The notes under the pieces were generated by a model. It had not been told where the DNA came from and did no database searches. It worked only from the letters and a program-made list of their open reading frames with translations. Shown here piece by piece: positions 49,162-62,474 of a DNA stretch of 64,000 bases. Origin of the DNA: Mobula hypostoma (lineage: Eukaryota); the NCBI RefSeq assembly GCF_963921235.1, contig NC_086097.1:29700001-29764000 (forward strand). Reading direction: 5' to 3'. Position 1 is the stretch's first letter. Each line of letters begins with the position of its first letter. Both the position numbers and the translations under genes were made by a program.

Positions 49162-51510
49162 ACTACTGACTCAACCTGCAAGATAACCTATCGTATCTAG
49201 ATATGATTTAAGAGCAATTTAGACAGGTACATGAACAGGCAGGAAAAGGAGGCAGATGGAACTAGTTTGGTTGGCGCAGACATGGTGGTCCAAACGACCT
49301 ACTTTTGTGCTGAACTGCTCTAAGATTTAAGATAGACTTTATCACATGTACATCAGAACATAGAGTGAAATTCATTGCTTTGTGTCAATGGAGGCAGCTT
49401 GCAATGGAGACTCCTGGAAGTCACTGAAGATATATACTTACAAAGGAAACAGGTTGATCTCTAGATATTGAAGGCATTAAGGGAGTGTGTGAAAAAAGCA
49501 GGAATATTGCATTAATCATCATTAAGGACCTTCACCATTTGAGAGATGTCCTCTTCTTACCAGGGAGGTGGTACTGGAACCTGAAGACCTACACTCAGTG
49601 ATTCAGAAACAGCTTCTTCCCTTCCATCATCAGATTTCTGAACAGAACCCATGAACACAACCTTACAAATCCTTTCTCTTTGCACTATTTATTTATTTTG
49701 TAATTTATAGTAATTTTGTCTCTTTGCACTGTATTGCTGCCACAAAACAGCAAATTTCACATTATGTAAGATAGTGTTAATAAGCCTGATTCTGATACAG
49801 GTTGAGATGTACTGGGTAATTGGTCCCTGATGGCATGGAATCCAGGTGCAAAATGCTGGATGGCCCATCATTACTCCTGTGGGCAGTACAGTGGCATGGT
49901 GGTTAATGCATCACTTCACAGCACCAGTGAGCGAGGTTCAATTTCTACCTCTGTCTGTAAGGAGATTGTATGCGCTCCCTGTTACCACGTGGGGTTCCGT
50001 TGGGAGCTCCAGTTTCCTCCCACATTCCAAAGGCGTATGGGTTAGTAAGTGGTGAGCATGCATGGCGAGACTTGTGTGCTGCCCTCAGCACATTCTTAGA
50101 CTGTGTTCAGTATAAATGCAAACAACACATTTCACTGTGTGTTTTGATGATTCGAGGTACATGTGACAAATAAAGCTGATCTTAAATATGCTATAGCCTG
50201 TTGCCATCACAAACCGCCAGAGGAACTGAACAGGTCAGGCAGCGTCTGTGGAAGGAAAATGACAGTCAGCGTTTCTATTTGAGACCCTGCATCCAGATGA
50301 AGGGTCTTGATCCATCAACTCGCCATCTCGCCACACCAGTTGGTATTGGTATTGGTTTATTGTTGTCACAAATATCTGAAGCACTTTGGATATCTTCAAA
50401 AGGTAATGCCTCAAAAAGGCTGCATCCATCAAGGACCCCATCACTCAATATCAATGTTTCAATTTAATATCAGAGAATGTATACAGTAAACACAAAATAA
50501 TCTGCAGATGCTGGGGTCAAAGCAACACTCACAACGCGCTGGAGGAACTCAGCAGGTCGGGCAGCATCCGTGGAAAAGATGTATACAGTATACAACCTGA
50601 AATTCTTACTCTTCACAGACATCCACGAAACAGAGAGAAAAAACCCAAAGAATGAATGACAGAAAAAAAAGTTAGAATCCCAATTCCCCCTCCCCCCCCA
50701 TGCACAAGCAGAAGCAAAGCACCAACACCCCTGCCCCCACCTATTCCAGCAAAAAGCCTCATCCCCCATCATCTGCCATGAAAGCAATAGCAAGTCCCCA
50801 GGGACCATGATCTATAGACCACCAAAACTACGTCCAGCATTGCTTATTTCAACTTCCCCTGAATTGAGAATCAGCAGACTCTTTCTCTCTCTCGAGATCG
50901 CTCCAAGTACAGAGGCCTCTGACAGCTGCACCCCCCCTGACCTGTTGAGTTCCTCCAGCACTTTGTGTTAAAAGAGACCTTTATTTGTTTAGTCTGCTCT
51001 GGGTTTGAGTTCATTTAAAAGATTGATATTGTTGGATTAAGCCGTAGAATTGTTACTTTTCTTGTAGTTTAACTTTCCTATGTTTGGTTGTATTTTTATA
51101 TAATCACCTACTATATATACATGTAATTGTTTAGTGAATTTTCCAGGAATTACGATACAGTTGTCTCTGTATTTTTCTAGAAACTTCATCGATTTCACTC
51201 TGTCTCACTACTTGAAGCTGTCTATTTTATAGGTTAATTGTTATCACGGGAAACTTTGTTTTCTCAAGTCTGAGTATGAAATGACCATGACTGTTCCCTT
51301 TTTTTCCTTTGTTCTCTCCGCTCTTATTTGTTTGTTCTTGTGACATTTAATAAAATGGTCATAAGCAACAAGTTTTTTGCCTCATCCTTGACTCCAAAAG
51401 GAATCTTTAGATCGCAAAGGTATAGGGATCCAACTGTATTTAAAGACTGGCTGAAATTAATTTGAGTTCAGAAAATGAATAGAAGAGTTTCTCATGCATA
51501 TGACCATAAC

Positions 51511-51712
51511 TCTATAAAATATACCGTAGACTCAGAATTAGATATCTATAATATCTATAAAATATACCGTAGACTCAGAATTAGGTATCTATAATATCTA
51601 TAAGATGTACCATAGACTCAGAATTAGATATCTATAATATCTATAAGATGTACCATAGACTCAGAATTAGATATCTATAATATCTATAAGATGTACCGTA
51701 GACTCAGAATGA
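51511..51712. repeat. 43-bp tandem repeat, about 5 copies, at the 3' tail of a minus-strand CR1 fragment (~51710-52265)
   Basis: AGACTCAGAAT recurs at 51528, 51571, 51614, 51657 and 51700. Confidence 0.9.
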
Positions 51713-52327
51713 GGCCATTTGGCCCATCCAATCTGCTCCATCCCATTATGGCTGATTTATTATCTTTCTCAACCCCGTTCTCCTGCCTTCTCATTGCAAC
51801 ATTTGACACATTAGCTAATCAAAAACCTATCAAACTCCAATTTAAATTTACCCAATGACGTGGCCTCCAGAGACGTCTACGGCGATGAATTCCAGATATA
51901 CCACCCGCTGGCTACATAAATTCCTCTTTGTCTCTGGTCTAAAGAGATGTCCTTGTATTCTGAGGCTGTGTCCCTTTGTCCTAGACTCCCCCACTACAGG
52001 AAACATACTCTCCAGGTACACTCCGTCTGGGCCTTTTAGTATTTGAGAGGTTTCAGTGAGATCCGCCCCATTCCCCCCCCCACCCCCATTCTTCTAACCT
52101 CCAGCAAGTACAGGCCTGAGCCACCAAACACTCCTCGTACATTAACCCTTTCATTTCTGGGATCATTCTTGTGTACCTCTCCAATGCCAGCACATCTTTT
52201 CTTAGATAAGTAGCCCAAAACTGCTCACCATATTCCAAGTGTGGTCTGAACAATGCATAATAAAGCCTGGGAAAAATTAAGAGTCTGCGAAACAAGTAGA
52301 AGTAAGACTGTTTCTTTCACCCATTAG

Positions 52328-52486
52328 AATTTAGGTTGGTTCCGAACACGGACAACACAAGGAAGGGAACAGCTTCTCTGGTGCCGCACCAGCTTGAGTT
52401 TCCAGTTCATTTCTTACCTGTTGGGAAAACAAAGTTTCCTTTCTTCAACCAAGTGGAGAGCAAGAAGTGGAGGATGCCCAGAAACA
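52328..52486 (+). CDS. AGBL3: Putative C-terminal exon o
   Basis: tttctttcacccattag|AA...AACA|gtaagc; 159 nt, open, phase 1-1; (K)FRLVPNTDNTRKGTASLVPHQLEFPVHFLPVGKTKFPFFNQVESKKWRMPRN. Confidence 0.6.
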
Positions 52487-54063
52487 GTAAGCAAGAATCG
52501 TAGAGCGATTGTTTCGAGGATTAGGGATGACCTCCTTTGGGATCGGGTATGACTTTCTGCAGTTTCAGTTACTAATTGGATTTTATTACGACATGCACCT
52601 CTCCCATACTCCTTTCATTCAAACTTCCCTTAAATGTTGCAATCGGCCCCAAATCCACCACTTCCACAGGCAGCTCTTTCCATATTCACACTACCCTCTG
52701 AATGAAGTTACCCTAAAAAATCAATTCAAAAATTCAAGTTCAAAGTAAATTTATTGTCAAAGTACATATATGTCACCACACACAACCCTGAGGTACTTTT
52801 TCTTTTAGGCATTCACAGAAAATACAAAGGAACACAATAGACTCGATGGAAAACTGCACAACAAAGGCTGACAAATAGCCATTGTGCAATAGACAGAGGT
52901 TCACAGGAATGATTCTGGAAATGAAGGGAATAACGCATATGGAGTGGTTGACGGCTTTGGGCCTGTACTAGTTGGAGTTTAGAAGAATGATGGGGGTATC
53001 TCATTAAAACGTATTGAATATTGAAAGGCCTAGATAGAGCGGATGTGGAGAGGATATGAATCCAGGACCAGCGGGCACAGCCTCAGAATAGTTAGAACAG
53101 AGATGAGAAGGAATTTCTTTAGCTAGGTGGCTGTGAATCTGTGGAATTCATTGCCAAAGACAGCTATGGAAGCCATGTTATCGAGTTTATTTAAAATAGA
53201 GGTTGGTTAGTGAGAGCATCAAAGGTTACGGAGAGAAGGCAGGAGAATGGGATTGAGAGGATAGTAAATCAGCCATCATGGAATGGCAGAGTAGACCCGA
53301 TGGGCCTAGTGGCCTCATTTTGCTCCTACGTCATATGGTCTCATAATCTTATGACATTGAAACATAGGGAAATGCATCTTTTTGTATCTATGACCCACAC
53401 AGCCTGAGGGCAGCCTGCAAGTGTCACCATGCTTCTGGTACCAACATAGCATGCCCACAACTTACTAATCCTTTCCATCCCGTACACCTTTGGAATGTGG
53501 GAGGAAATGCACAGAGTCACGGGAGGGCGTACTAACTCCTTACGGACAAGGGTGGGGTTTGAACACTGATCGGTGATTGCCAGCACCGTAAAACATTGCA
53601 CTGCTATGCTACCAGGCCATTCAGAAAGTCTGAATGCCATCCAGATAGAGAACATCCAATGTACCTTTATAAGTACATTGAGGTAGTACAAAAAGAAAAG
53701 CAATACCAAAATGCAGAATAGAGTGGGAGTTACAGAGAAAGAGCAATGCAGGCAGACACAAGGTGCAAAGGCCACAGATAATTAGATTGTGAGGTCAAGA
53801 GCCCACCAAGTGGTCTGTTCAATAATCTTAAAGCAGCAGAATAGAAACTGTCCTCGAGCCTGGTGGTACATGTTCTCAAGTCCTTGTATTTTCTGTCTGA
53901 AGTGGGTGGGCTGGGGAGAAGGTAGAATGCCCGGGGTAGGAGGGAAACGCTGATTATATTGGCTGTTTTCTTGAGACAGAAGGAAGTGCAGATAGAGTCC
54001 ACAGTTTTTTTTGTGATCAGGTAGAAATTGTTTATTGACCTGCATCTTATTTCTCTTCCACAG

Positions 54064-54121
54064 ACACTATCTATAATGTTCTTGCTGTGCCCGCGTCCCT
54101 CTTGGCATCAGATGGATTCAG
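54064..54121 (+). CDS. AGBL3: Putative C-terminal exon p
   Basis: ttctcttccacag|AC...TTCAG|gtaggt; (N)TIYNVLAVPASLLASDGF; phase 1-2. Confidence 0.55.
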
Positions 54122-55777
54122 GTAGGTAGGACTGTTGGTCAAAAGTACCACGGCAACTTCGTAGTTACACAAAGTTCAAAGCACAAGGTTACAGGGAGAA
54201 GGCAGGAGATTGGGGTTGAGAGGGATAATAAATCAACTGTGATGGAACGGTGGGGCAGACTCGATGGGCTGAACTGCCTGATGTCCATTAATCCACAGGA
54301 CACCTCCTCAGGCAGTGAGTTACAGATTCCATCCACCCTCTGAGTGAAAAAACCTTCCTGATACCCCTTCAAAACCTCTTCTCCCCACCCTAAACACATG
54401 TCGCTTTTGTTGTCTCTACTATAGGGAATGTAGACAGGAGAGGTTCAGAACGATGTGAGCCAAATTCAGGCAAATGGAACAGGCTTAGAGCCTTCCATCC
54501 AACTGGTTCGTGCTGACCAAGTTGCTAGTTCCACTTGCCCATGTTTGCTCCACGTCCCATCTAAGCCTTTCATATCCATTTACCTGTCCAAATATCCTTT
54601 AAATGTCATCATTTTACCCACCTCTACCACTTCCTCTGGCAACTTGTTCCACATGTCCTCTGTGTGGAAAAGTTGCTCCTTAGGTCCCCTTTAAATTCTT
54701 CCCTCTCAACTTGAACCCATGCTCTCTAGTTTTAAACACCCCTACTCTGGGGAAAAGACTGACCCTCCACCTCACGATTTTATGAACTTCTATAAGGTCA
54801 CCCCTCACTCCAGGGAGGACAGTCCCAGCCTGTCCAGCCTCTCCTGATGTCACCGGAGTGCGGACATGACCCGAGTGCAGAGTCAGACGCTCATAGATGA
54901 CAGGCTTTAATGCGAACAATGTTACAGGGAAAGCAAACAAACACTAGGCCAAATGGCCGTTAATTCAAACTCTCAAATGGAAAACGAAGCCTACACTGCA
55001 GCTGAAAAGAACAACTAAGAATTAAGTGAGCACCGGTAGTCTTCAGATTTAGTTGACTCAACAGTTGAATTTCTCAGGCAAGGCAGGATGCAGGAAGTGA
55101 AGTGTAGCTATGTCCATGTCCAAGACTCGACAAGTACTATGACAGAATGAATGGAGTTAAATACAATCACAATGAAGCAATAATTAGCTGTCACGGGCAT
55201 ATTCACGAGCGCAATTGCCGAATCTGATGCGCTGCCGAATTTGTGCCCTCCAGTCCAAGCAACATCTTTCTAAATCTTTCTGCACCTTCTCTAGATAGGG
55301 GTGGCTCATTAGTGCAGTGACTAGCATAACTATTACAGTGCCAGTGACCCAGGTTCAATTCCTCCGGTTGTCTGTAAGAAATGTGTACATTCTCCCCATG
55401 ACCCCATGGGTTTCCTCTGGGAGCTTCCGTTTCCTCCCACGTTCCAAAGCAGGTTAATTAGTGGGTGTAATTGGGCCACACGGGCTCGATGAGGCAGAAG
55501 AAGTGACCATGGAAAGTCTCTAAATAAATAATAAATTAATTAATCATATCCTTCTTAGTGAACATAACTGCAGACAGTTCTCCAAGTGTAGTGTAACCAG
55601 TTTTATACAGCTTTAACATGACGTCCCAACTCTTTTACTCAATGTCAGTGACCTGTTGTGCGTTCCAGCAGGTTCTGATGTTTTTATATGTTAGAATGTA
55701 GAATATTACAGCAAAGTACAGGCCCTTCAGCCCATAATGTTGTGCCAACCTTTTAACTTAACCTAAGATTAATGTAA

Positions 55778-56336
55778 ACACGAGGAATTCTGCAGATGCT
55801 GGAAATTCAAGCAACACACATAAAAGTTGCTGGTGAACGCAGCAGGCCGGGCAGCATCTCTAGGAAGAGGTACAGTCGACGTTTCAGGCCAAGATCCTTC
55901 ATCAAGACTAACTGAAAGAAGAGCTAGTAAGAGATTTGAGAGTGGGAGGGGGAAGGGGAGATCCAAAATGATAGGAGAAGACAGGAGGGGGAGGGATGGA
56001 GCCAAGAGCTGGACAGTTAATTGGCAAAAGGGATATGAGAGGATCATGGGACAGGAGGCCTCTGGGTCCCCCCCCCCTTTTCTTTCTCCCTAGGCCTCCT
56101 GTCCCATGATCCTCTCATATCCCTTTTGCCAATCAACTGTCCAGCTCTTGGCTCCATCGCTCCCTCTCCTGTCTTCGCCTACCATTTTGGATCTCCCCCA
56201 CCCCCTCTCAAATCTCTTACTAGCTCTTCTTTCAGTTAGTCCTGATGAAGGGTCTCGGCCTGAAACGTCGACTGTACCTCTTCCTAGAGATGCTGCCTGG
56301 CCTGCTGCGTTCACCAGCAACTTTGATGTGTGTTGT
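55778..56336. mobile_element. Fold-back non-autonomous Penelope-like element (two inverted pseudo-LTRs, no ORF) with 14-bp TSD
   Basis: 55812-56061 is the reverse complement of 56091-56335, separated by a ~30-nt spacer. TAAGATTAATGTAA at 55764-55777 and 56337-56350. Confidence 0.9.
56238..56273 (+). ncRNA. Minimal type I hammerhead ribozyme motif (family 1, intact core)
   Basis: AGUC-CUGAUGA-A-GGGU[CUCG]GCCU-GAAAC-GUC^GACU. Helix I is AGUC/GACU and the ACGU palindrome replaces helix III. Confidence 0.75.
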
Positions 56337-57177
56337 TAAGATTAATGTAACTCTTCCCTCAAGCATAGCCCTCCATTTTTCTATCAGCCATGTGTTTATC
56401 TAAGAGTCCCTTGAATGTCCCAGCATATCTGCCTGTACCACCACCCCCGACAGCTCATTCCACACACTACCACTCTCTGTGCAAAAACCCTACCTCTGAC
56501 ATTTCCCTACACTTCCCTCCAATCACCTTAAATTATAACTCCTTATATCAGATATTTCCACCCTGGGAAAATGTCTCTGAGTGCCCACTCGATTTTATGT
56601 CTCTTATCATCTTGTACACCTCTGTTAAGTCGCCTCACATTTTCCTGTAGTCCAAGAGAAAAGCCCTGGCTCACTCAACCTCCCCTCATGAGACATGCTC
56701 TCTAAACCAGGCAGCATCCTGGTAAATCTCTGCACCTTCTCTAATACTGCCACATCTTTCCTATAATGACTATAACAATAACCAGAAATGAGCACAATTT
56801 TCAGTGTGTGATCTAATCGGGGTTTTATCTTCCTGCTCTTGAACTCAATGCTCTGATTAATGAAGCCCAATAGACAATGTGCCTTCTTAACCTCCCTATC
56901 AAATTACACAGCAACTTTGAGGGACCTATGGACAGTGGACCCCAAGATCAACAGTGTGTTAAGAATCCTGCCATTAACCCTGTACTCTATCTTCAAGTTT
57001 GATCTTCCAAAGTGAATCGCTTCACACTTTCCTGATTGAACTTCATCTGCCACTTCTTAGCCCAGCTCTGCATCCTGTTAGTGCCCCATTGTAACCTATG
57101 ACAAACTTCTACACTATCCACGGCCTCCTCGTCATCTTTGATTCAAGGGTGTACTTTTTTCAAACGATCTCTTACAG

Positions 57178-57350
57178 CAATGAACCCACCTCTGGGACCT
57201 TAGATCCAGAGCATGTGTTAAACTCGGATGAACTGCTGCAGTCTAGAGGGCCAGTCAGAGACCCTGACCATCAAGAGGAGGTGTGCTTGGCTTCGACTGG
57301 TGTGCCCAGTACCAGAGGAGGGAGCAATCAGCCTCTCTCAAGAAAACAAG
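57178..57350 (+). CDS. AGBL3: Putative C-terminal exon q (gene probably continues)
   Basis: ctcttacag|C...CAAG|gtgacg; phase-2 start fits exon p; (S)NEPTSGTLDPEHVLNSDELLQSRGPVRDPDHQEEVCLASTGVPSTRGGSNQPLSRKQ. Confidence 0.55.
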
Positions 57351-60300
57351 GTGACGTATGTTTATCCTGAAACTAGCTGCTTTTGCCAGACTTTAGAGGT
57401 TCAATTAGTCATAGAGTCATAGAGCACTACAGTATAGAAACAGGCACTTTGGCCCATCTAGTCGTGCCAAACTTTTATTCTGCTAATTCCATCACCCCAC
57501 ACTGGACCATAGTCCTCCTAATCATGCACTAATCCAAACTTCCCTATAAAGTTGAAATTCCACACTCTCACCACTCTGAGTGAAGAACCTCCCCCTCGGT
57601 TTCCCCTTAATATTTCACCTTTCACCCTTAACCCATGACCTCTAGTTCCAGTCTCATCCAGTCTCAGTGGAAAAAGCCCGCTTGCACTTACCCTATCTAT
57701 ATCTCTCATAATTTTATAAACCTCCGTCAAATCTCCCCTCATTCTCCTGCACTCCAGGGAATGAAGTTCTAACCTACTCAACCTACCCCTTTGACTCAGA
57801 CCCTCATGCTTTGCAGCATCCTCGTAAACCTTCTCTATACTCTTTCAACTTTTTTTGATATCTTTCTTATAGGTAGGTGACAAGAACTGAACACAGTACA
57901 GAGAAACACACACAAAGTGCTAGGGTCAGACATTATCTATGGAGAGGAATAAAGACCCAACCCAGGTCATGTTCTCTTCCCACTGCTGCAATCAGGAAGG
58001 TGGTACAGGAGCCTCAGGACCCCCACCACCAGTTTAAGAAACAGTTATTAGCCCTCAACCATCAGGCTCTTAAACCAGAGGGGATAACTTCACTCAAATT
58101 CATTTGTCTCATCACTGAACTGCTCCCACGACCAATGGACTCCCTTCCTCTTCAGCTCACATTCTCAAAATTTACTGCTTCTTCATTATTATTACTTTTT
58201 CCTCTCTCTTTTTGTATTTGCTCAATTTCTTGTCTTTTGCACGTTGGTTGTTCACCCTGGTGGCGTCGTCTTTCACCGATTCTATTATGGTTATTGGATT
58301 TATTGAGTAGGTCCACAAGAAAATGATTCTCAGGGTTGTATATGGTGACATATATGTATTTAGATAATAAATTTACTTTGAACATTTCAGACCAAGACCT
58401 TTCATGAGGATTGAAGAAGGGTCTCAGCCTCTCTGTCTGACCTCCACCATTTGTGTGTTGCTCTAGATTTCCAACATCTGTAGAATCTGTGTTAGTTTTT
58501 TAAAAAAAAATAAGGGCAGCAAGAAATTTAAGTTTATCTGATAACTAATTGAACCATAGAATAGTTCATATCACGAGCAGGCCCCTCAGCCCATGATACC
58601 TGTGCTGGCTATGATGCCAATCCAAATAATCCTTGAAATTTACCAAGAAAGTGATATGGATTCCACAACAGAATATTTCCTCCAGACCACTTGTAACACT
58701 TTGTGCAAATACAATCAACATTCTCACTACCATATCCAGTCACGATGCTGCTTTCAGTAATTTCACTCACAGATCAGTGACTGTGTGGGTTTCCCCCAGG
58801 TGCTCCAGTTTCCTCCCACAGTCCAAAGGTGTTTGGGTTAGGGTTAGTAAGTTGACAGTATATAACATCGACGCTGGAAGCGTGGCTACATTTGTGGGCT
58901 GATCCAGCATATCCTCAGTGTATTGGTCATTGACACGGATGATGCATGTTTTGATGTTTCAATGTACATGTGACAATCTTTATTTTTAATCTTTAGAACA
59001 CAGGACAGTATATACCCTTCAGATCATGATGTTGTGCCAAGCTAATTAAACTCTGGTCCTAGACTCCCACTAATGGGAACATTCTCTCCATGTCCGCTGT
59101 ATCTAGGCCTTTCAATATTTGGTGGGTGTAGGTGATCCGATCAACCTGCAGGGTGGTGATTTTTTGCTACATGTACTTAACAATTAGCACCCTCAGACAT
59201 CTAACACTGGTTATCAGTCACCCAGAAGAATATTCCCCCATTACCTACTGTCTGACCTCATCTCACTTCTATTTGAATTCATTATGCACAGTTCGGTCAT
59301 GTAGAAGTGCTACACTTTACAGCACCAGCTGCAAAATATCAGGGTTCAATTCCTGCCACTGACCATGTGGGTTTCCTCCGGGTGCTCTGGTTTCCTCCCA
59401 CAGTCCAAATATGTTTGGCTAGGGTTAGTGAGCTATGTTGGTGTTGGAAGCGTAGCAACACTTGTGGGCTATTTAGCAGAATCCTCGCTGAATTGATTTG
59501 ATACAAAAATGACTCATTTCACTCTATGTTTTGACGTATGTGTGACAAATAAAAGATAAAGTTTATGTTTATTTATTTGGTGAACAAGCTGCACAACCAG
59601 GTCTAATTTGCGTTTATTGTTACGTGCACAAGTCCATGTCTGCACAGGTGCAATGAAAAACTCACTGCCCACAAGCACAGGACATCAGATGTATAGCTTT
59701 CACAAGAAAAGCAGAAATTATACAGAAGGACATGAACGATTCTGCTAGCGTGGAAATCTTGTTGCTTAGTCTGGAAAAGTGTGAAGTGATTCTCTCTGGA
59801 AGGTTAAAGTCAAGGGCAGAATACAGGGTGAATGGCAGGATTCTTAGAGTGGAGGATCAGAGGAATCTTAGGGTCCAAGTTCATAGATCCCTGAAGGTTA
59901 CTGTGTAAGTTGAGAGGAGGTTAAGAAGGCTTGTGGTGTGTTGGCTTTCGTTAGTCTGGGAAGAGATTTCAAGAGCTGAGGGGTAAGCTTACAACCCGAC
60001 AAAACTCTGGTTAGACCACAGTTGGAATATTGTGTTATGCTCTGATTCCAACAATATAAGAAGGAGGGCGAAGCTTCAGAGAGGGTGCAGAGGAGATTTA
60101 CCAGGATGCTGCCTGGATTAGAGAGCATGTTTTATGAGGATAGATAGAACGAGCTTGGGCTTTTCATTTTGGAGTGAAGGAAGATGAGTGGTGGCTTGAT
60201 AGGTGTAGAGATGATAAAGTCATGGATAGATTTGACAGCCAGAGACATTTTCCCTGGGTGGAAATGGCTAAACTGAGGGGCGTAATTGATTGTGGGAAAG

Positions 60301-61967
60301 TATAGGATGGATGTCAGAGGTAGTCAACTGTAGTGTAAAGTAATCAAAGTGCTCATAGTGTTGCTATGCTCGGGTAATGATCGAGATTGAGCTGCTTGGT
60401 TCAAGAACTGAATGGTTGAAGGAAGATAGCTATTCTTTAACCAGGTGGTGTGAGATTTCAGGCTTTTGTACCTTCTGCCTGATGGTACTTCTGAGAAGAT
60501 AGCATGGACAAGACTTTTTCGTATAATCTGGCCTGTTGGACACATCCCACAGTGACAATTAGTCAAATATGTTTAGTCTGAACCTCAACTGCCAGTTTTG
60601 GACATCTGGTCTTGCCCTATCAGAGATATTTCATTTATTTTACCCATCCCACTTCTCTGCTCTGAAAACTCACTATTTTTCTGTTTTTACCCACTTTGTG
60701 ACAAAATATATTTCATCTAACGGCTCACCAACCCCCTCCATAGATGCTGCCTGATATGCTGAGTGTTTCTAGCATTGTTTGCATTTATTTCAGTACCTGT
60801 AGTTTTATTCTTCAACTTTGCATTCCAACGTAAAGATGTTTCTCCTGGATTCCTCTGGGATTTAATGAATTTTTTTAAAAAATCACTAATAATGAGCCTC
60901 AGTTTTGTTCTGCCAAAGTCTGGTAAACATTTCAGTTTTTGCTGCCATTAATCTTGGTAACCAGTAATTGGCTTATTATTGTCACCTGTAATGAGGAACA
61001 GTGACAATTTTTTCTTTACATGTCATCCATATCATACCACACAGAACTACACAGAGGCAGTAAAAAGGAAACAAAATGCAAAATGATGACCCAGCCCCAA
61101 TGAAAGTTCTCAGTCAGAAACAGCAACTGTACATTTCCCTCTGGACCTCTCGTACAAGGTTGACTCTGACCCAAAGAATCTACCTTGTTAAGATCTTGCA
61201 CCTTATTGTCTACCTGCACTGCACTTGCTCTGCAGCTGTTACACTTTATTTTGCATTGTTATTGTTTATACTGTTCTACCTCACTGTTTGATGGTTTGAT
61301 CAGTGAAGAGTATGCAAGAGAAGCTTTTCACTTGCAGAGGGTTGTAAATTCAGCCAGCTCCATCACCCGTACAACTCTCCCCACCACCAAGGGCAACTTC
61401 AGGAGGCAGTATCCATCATTAAGGACTCTCACCATCCAGGACCTGTGCTCTCATTATTCCTATCAGAGAGGACCCATAGGAGCCTGAAGACCCACTCAAC
61501 ATTTTTAGAACAGGTTCTTCCCCTCTGCCTTTTGATTTCTGAGACATTCATGAACCTTTGAACACAATCTTTCTATTCCTCTTGTGTGATTTATTCCTTT
61601 TTTAAAAATTGCAACCTATAGTAATTTTTTTTAAGTGTCTTACACAGTACTGCTACCACAAAACAACAAATTTCAGTGATTCTGAATTCTGAACTCTGTA
61701 CCTTGGTACAATATCAATAGCCCAATCAAATCAGAAGGGAGAGAAGAAGAAACTCACAGATCTGCAAGTGAGATTTAAAAAAAAAAATTTTGCAAGCTCT
61801 CACCATTTTCCCCAACAGCCTGATCAAATTGGGAATGACGGAAGAGACAAATCACAGGTCCAAGAGTGAGATTTTAAAAAGGAGCATTCACAGGCTTTCA
61901 GCGTTTTCCAGTGGCCTAATCAAACTACTATTCATTAGAAAAGGCAAATAAAAATAAGTTAGAGACC

Positions 61968-62474
61968 TGTCAGGACACTGGAGCAGGGACCCCATCGCAG
62001 GCCCAGTACTGTGCACACAGTGATATTAATTGAGTGACAAATCCCAAGTTGGCATCAAAGTTCAGGCAGAGATCAAAACATCCAGGGAAATCCAAAAACC
62101 AGAATCAGGAAACAGGCAGAGTCAATATCAGACAGACAGAGTACAGATACAAATGCTGGACAGGCTCAGGAAAATTCACTGGCACAACCTGGCAACAAAC
62201 AGCTGGAAACACAGGAGTGAAATACACTGAGCAATAAACAGAGAGGCAGATGACAGGCAGAGCACAGTGAGACACAGGTGGCAGCAATTCAGGTAATAAT
62301 GAGGAACAGGTGAGAGACGGAGTACTCAGTAATACAGGAGCCGGAGTAGAGCAGGAGCGGGGACAGGAGTACATGGGCCATGAAAACAAACAAGAGCACA
62401 TGGCAATACAAAACCACAGACTGATGGCCAGGGGGGAGGCACACAAAAAGACAGTTCAACTGGAGGTACTGACA
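61968..62474. mobile_element. Solo LTR
   Basis: Termini TGTCAG...CTGACA; flanks AGACC / GGACC (5-bp TSD, one mismatch). Confidence 0.8.

Noticed and set aside
54848..55245. Possible solo LTR starting TGTCAC
   Set aside because: I could not find the matching right terminus or a TSD.
18770..59560. Many V-SINE/HE1-like fragments (GGGTTTCCTCCGGGTGCTCCGGTTTCCTCCCACA core) and further small CR1/LINE 3' scraps
   Set aside because: Ordinary dispersed repeats with uncertain boundaries; not listed individually.
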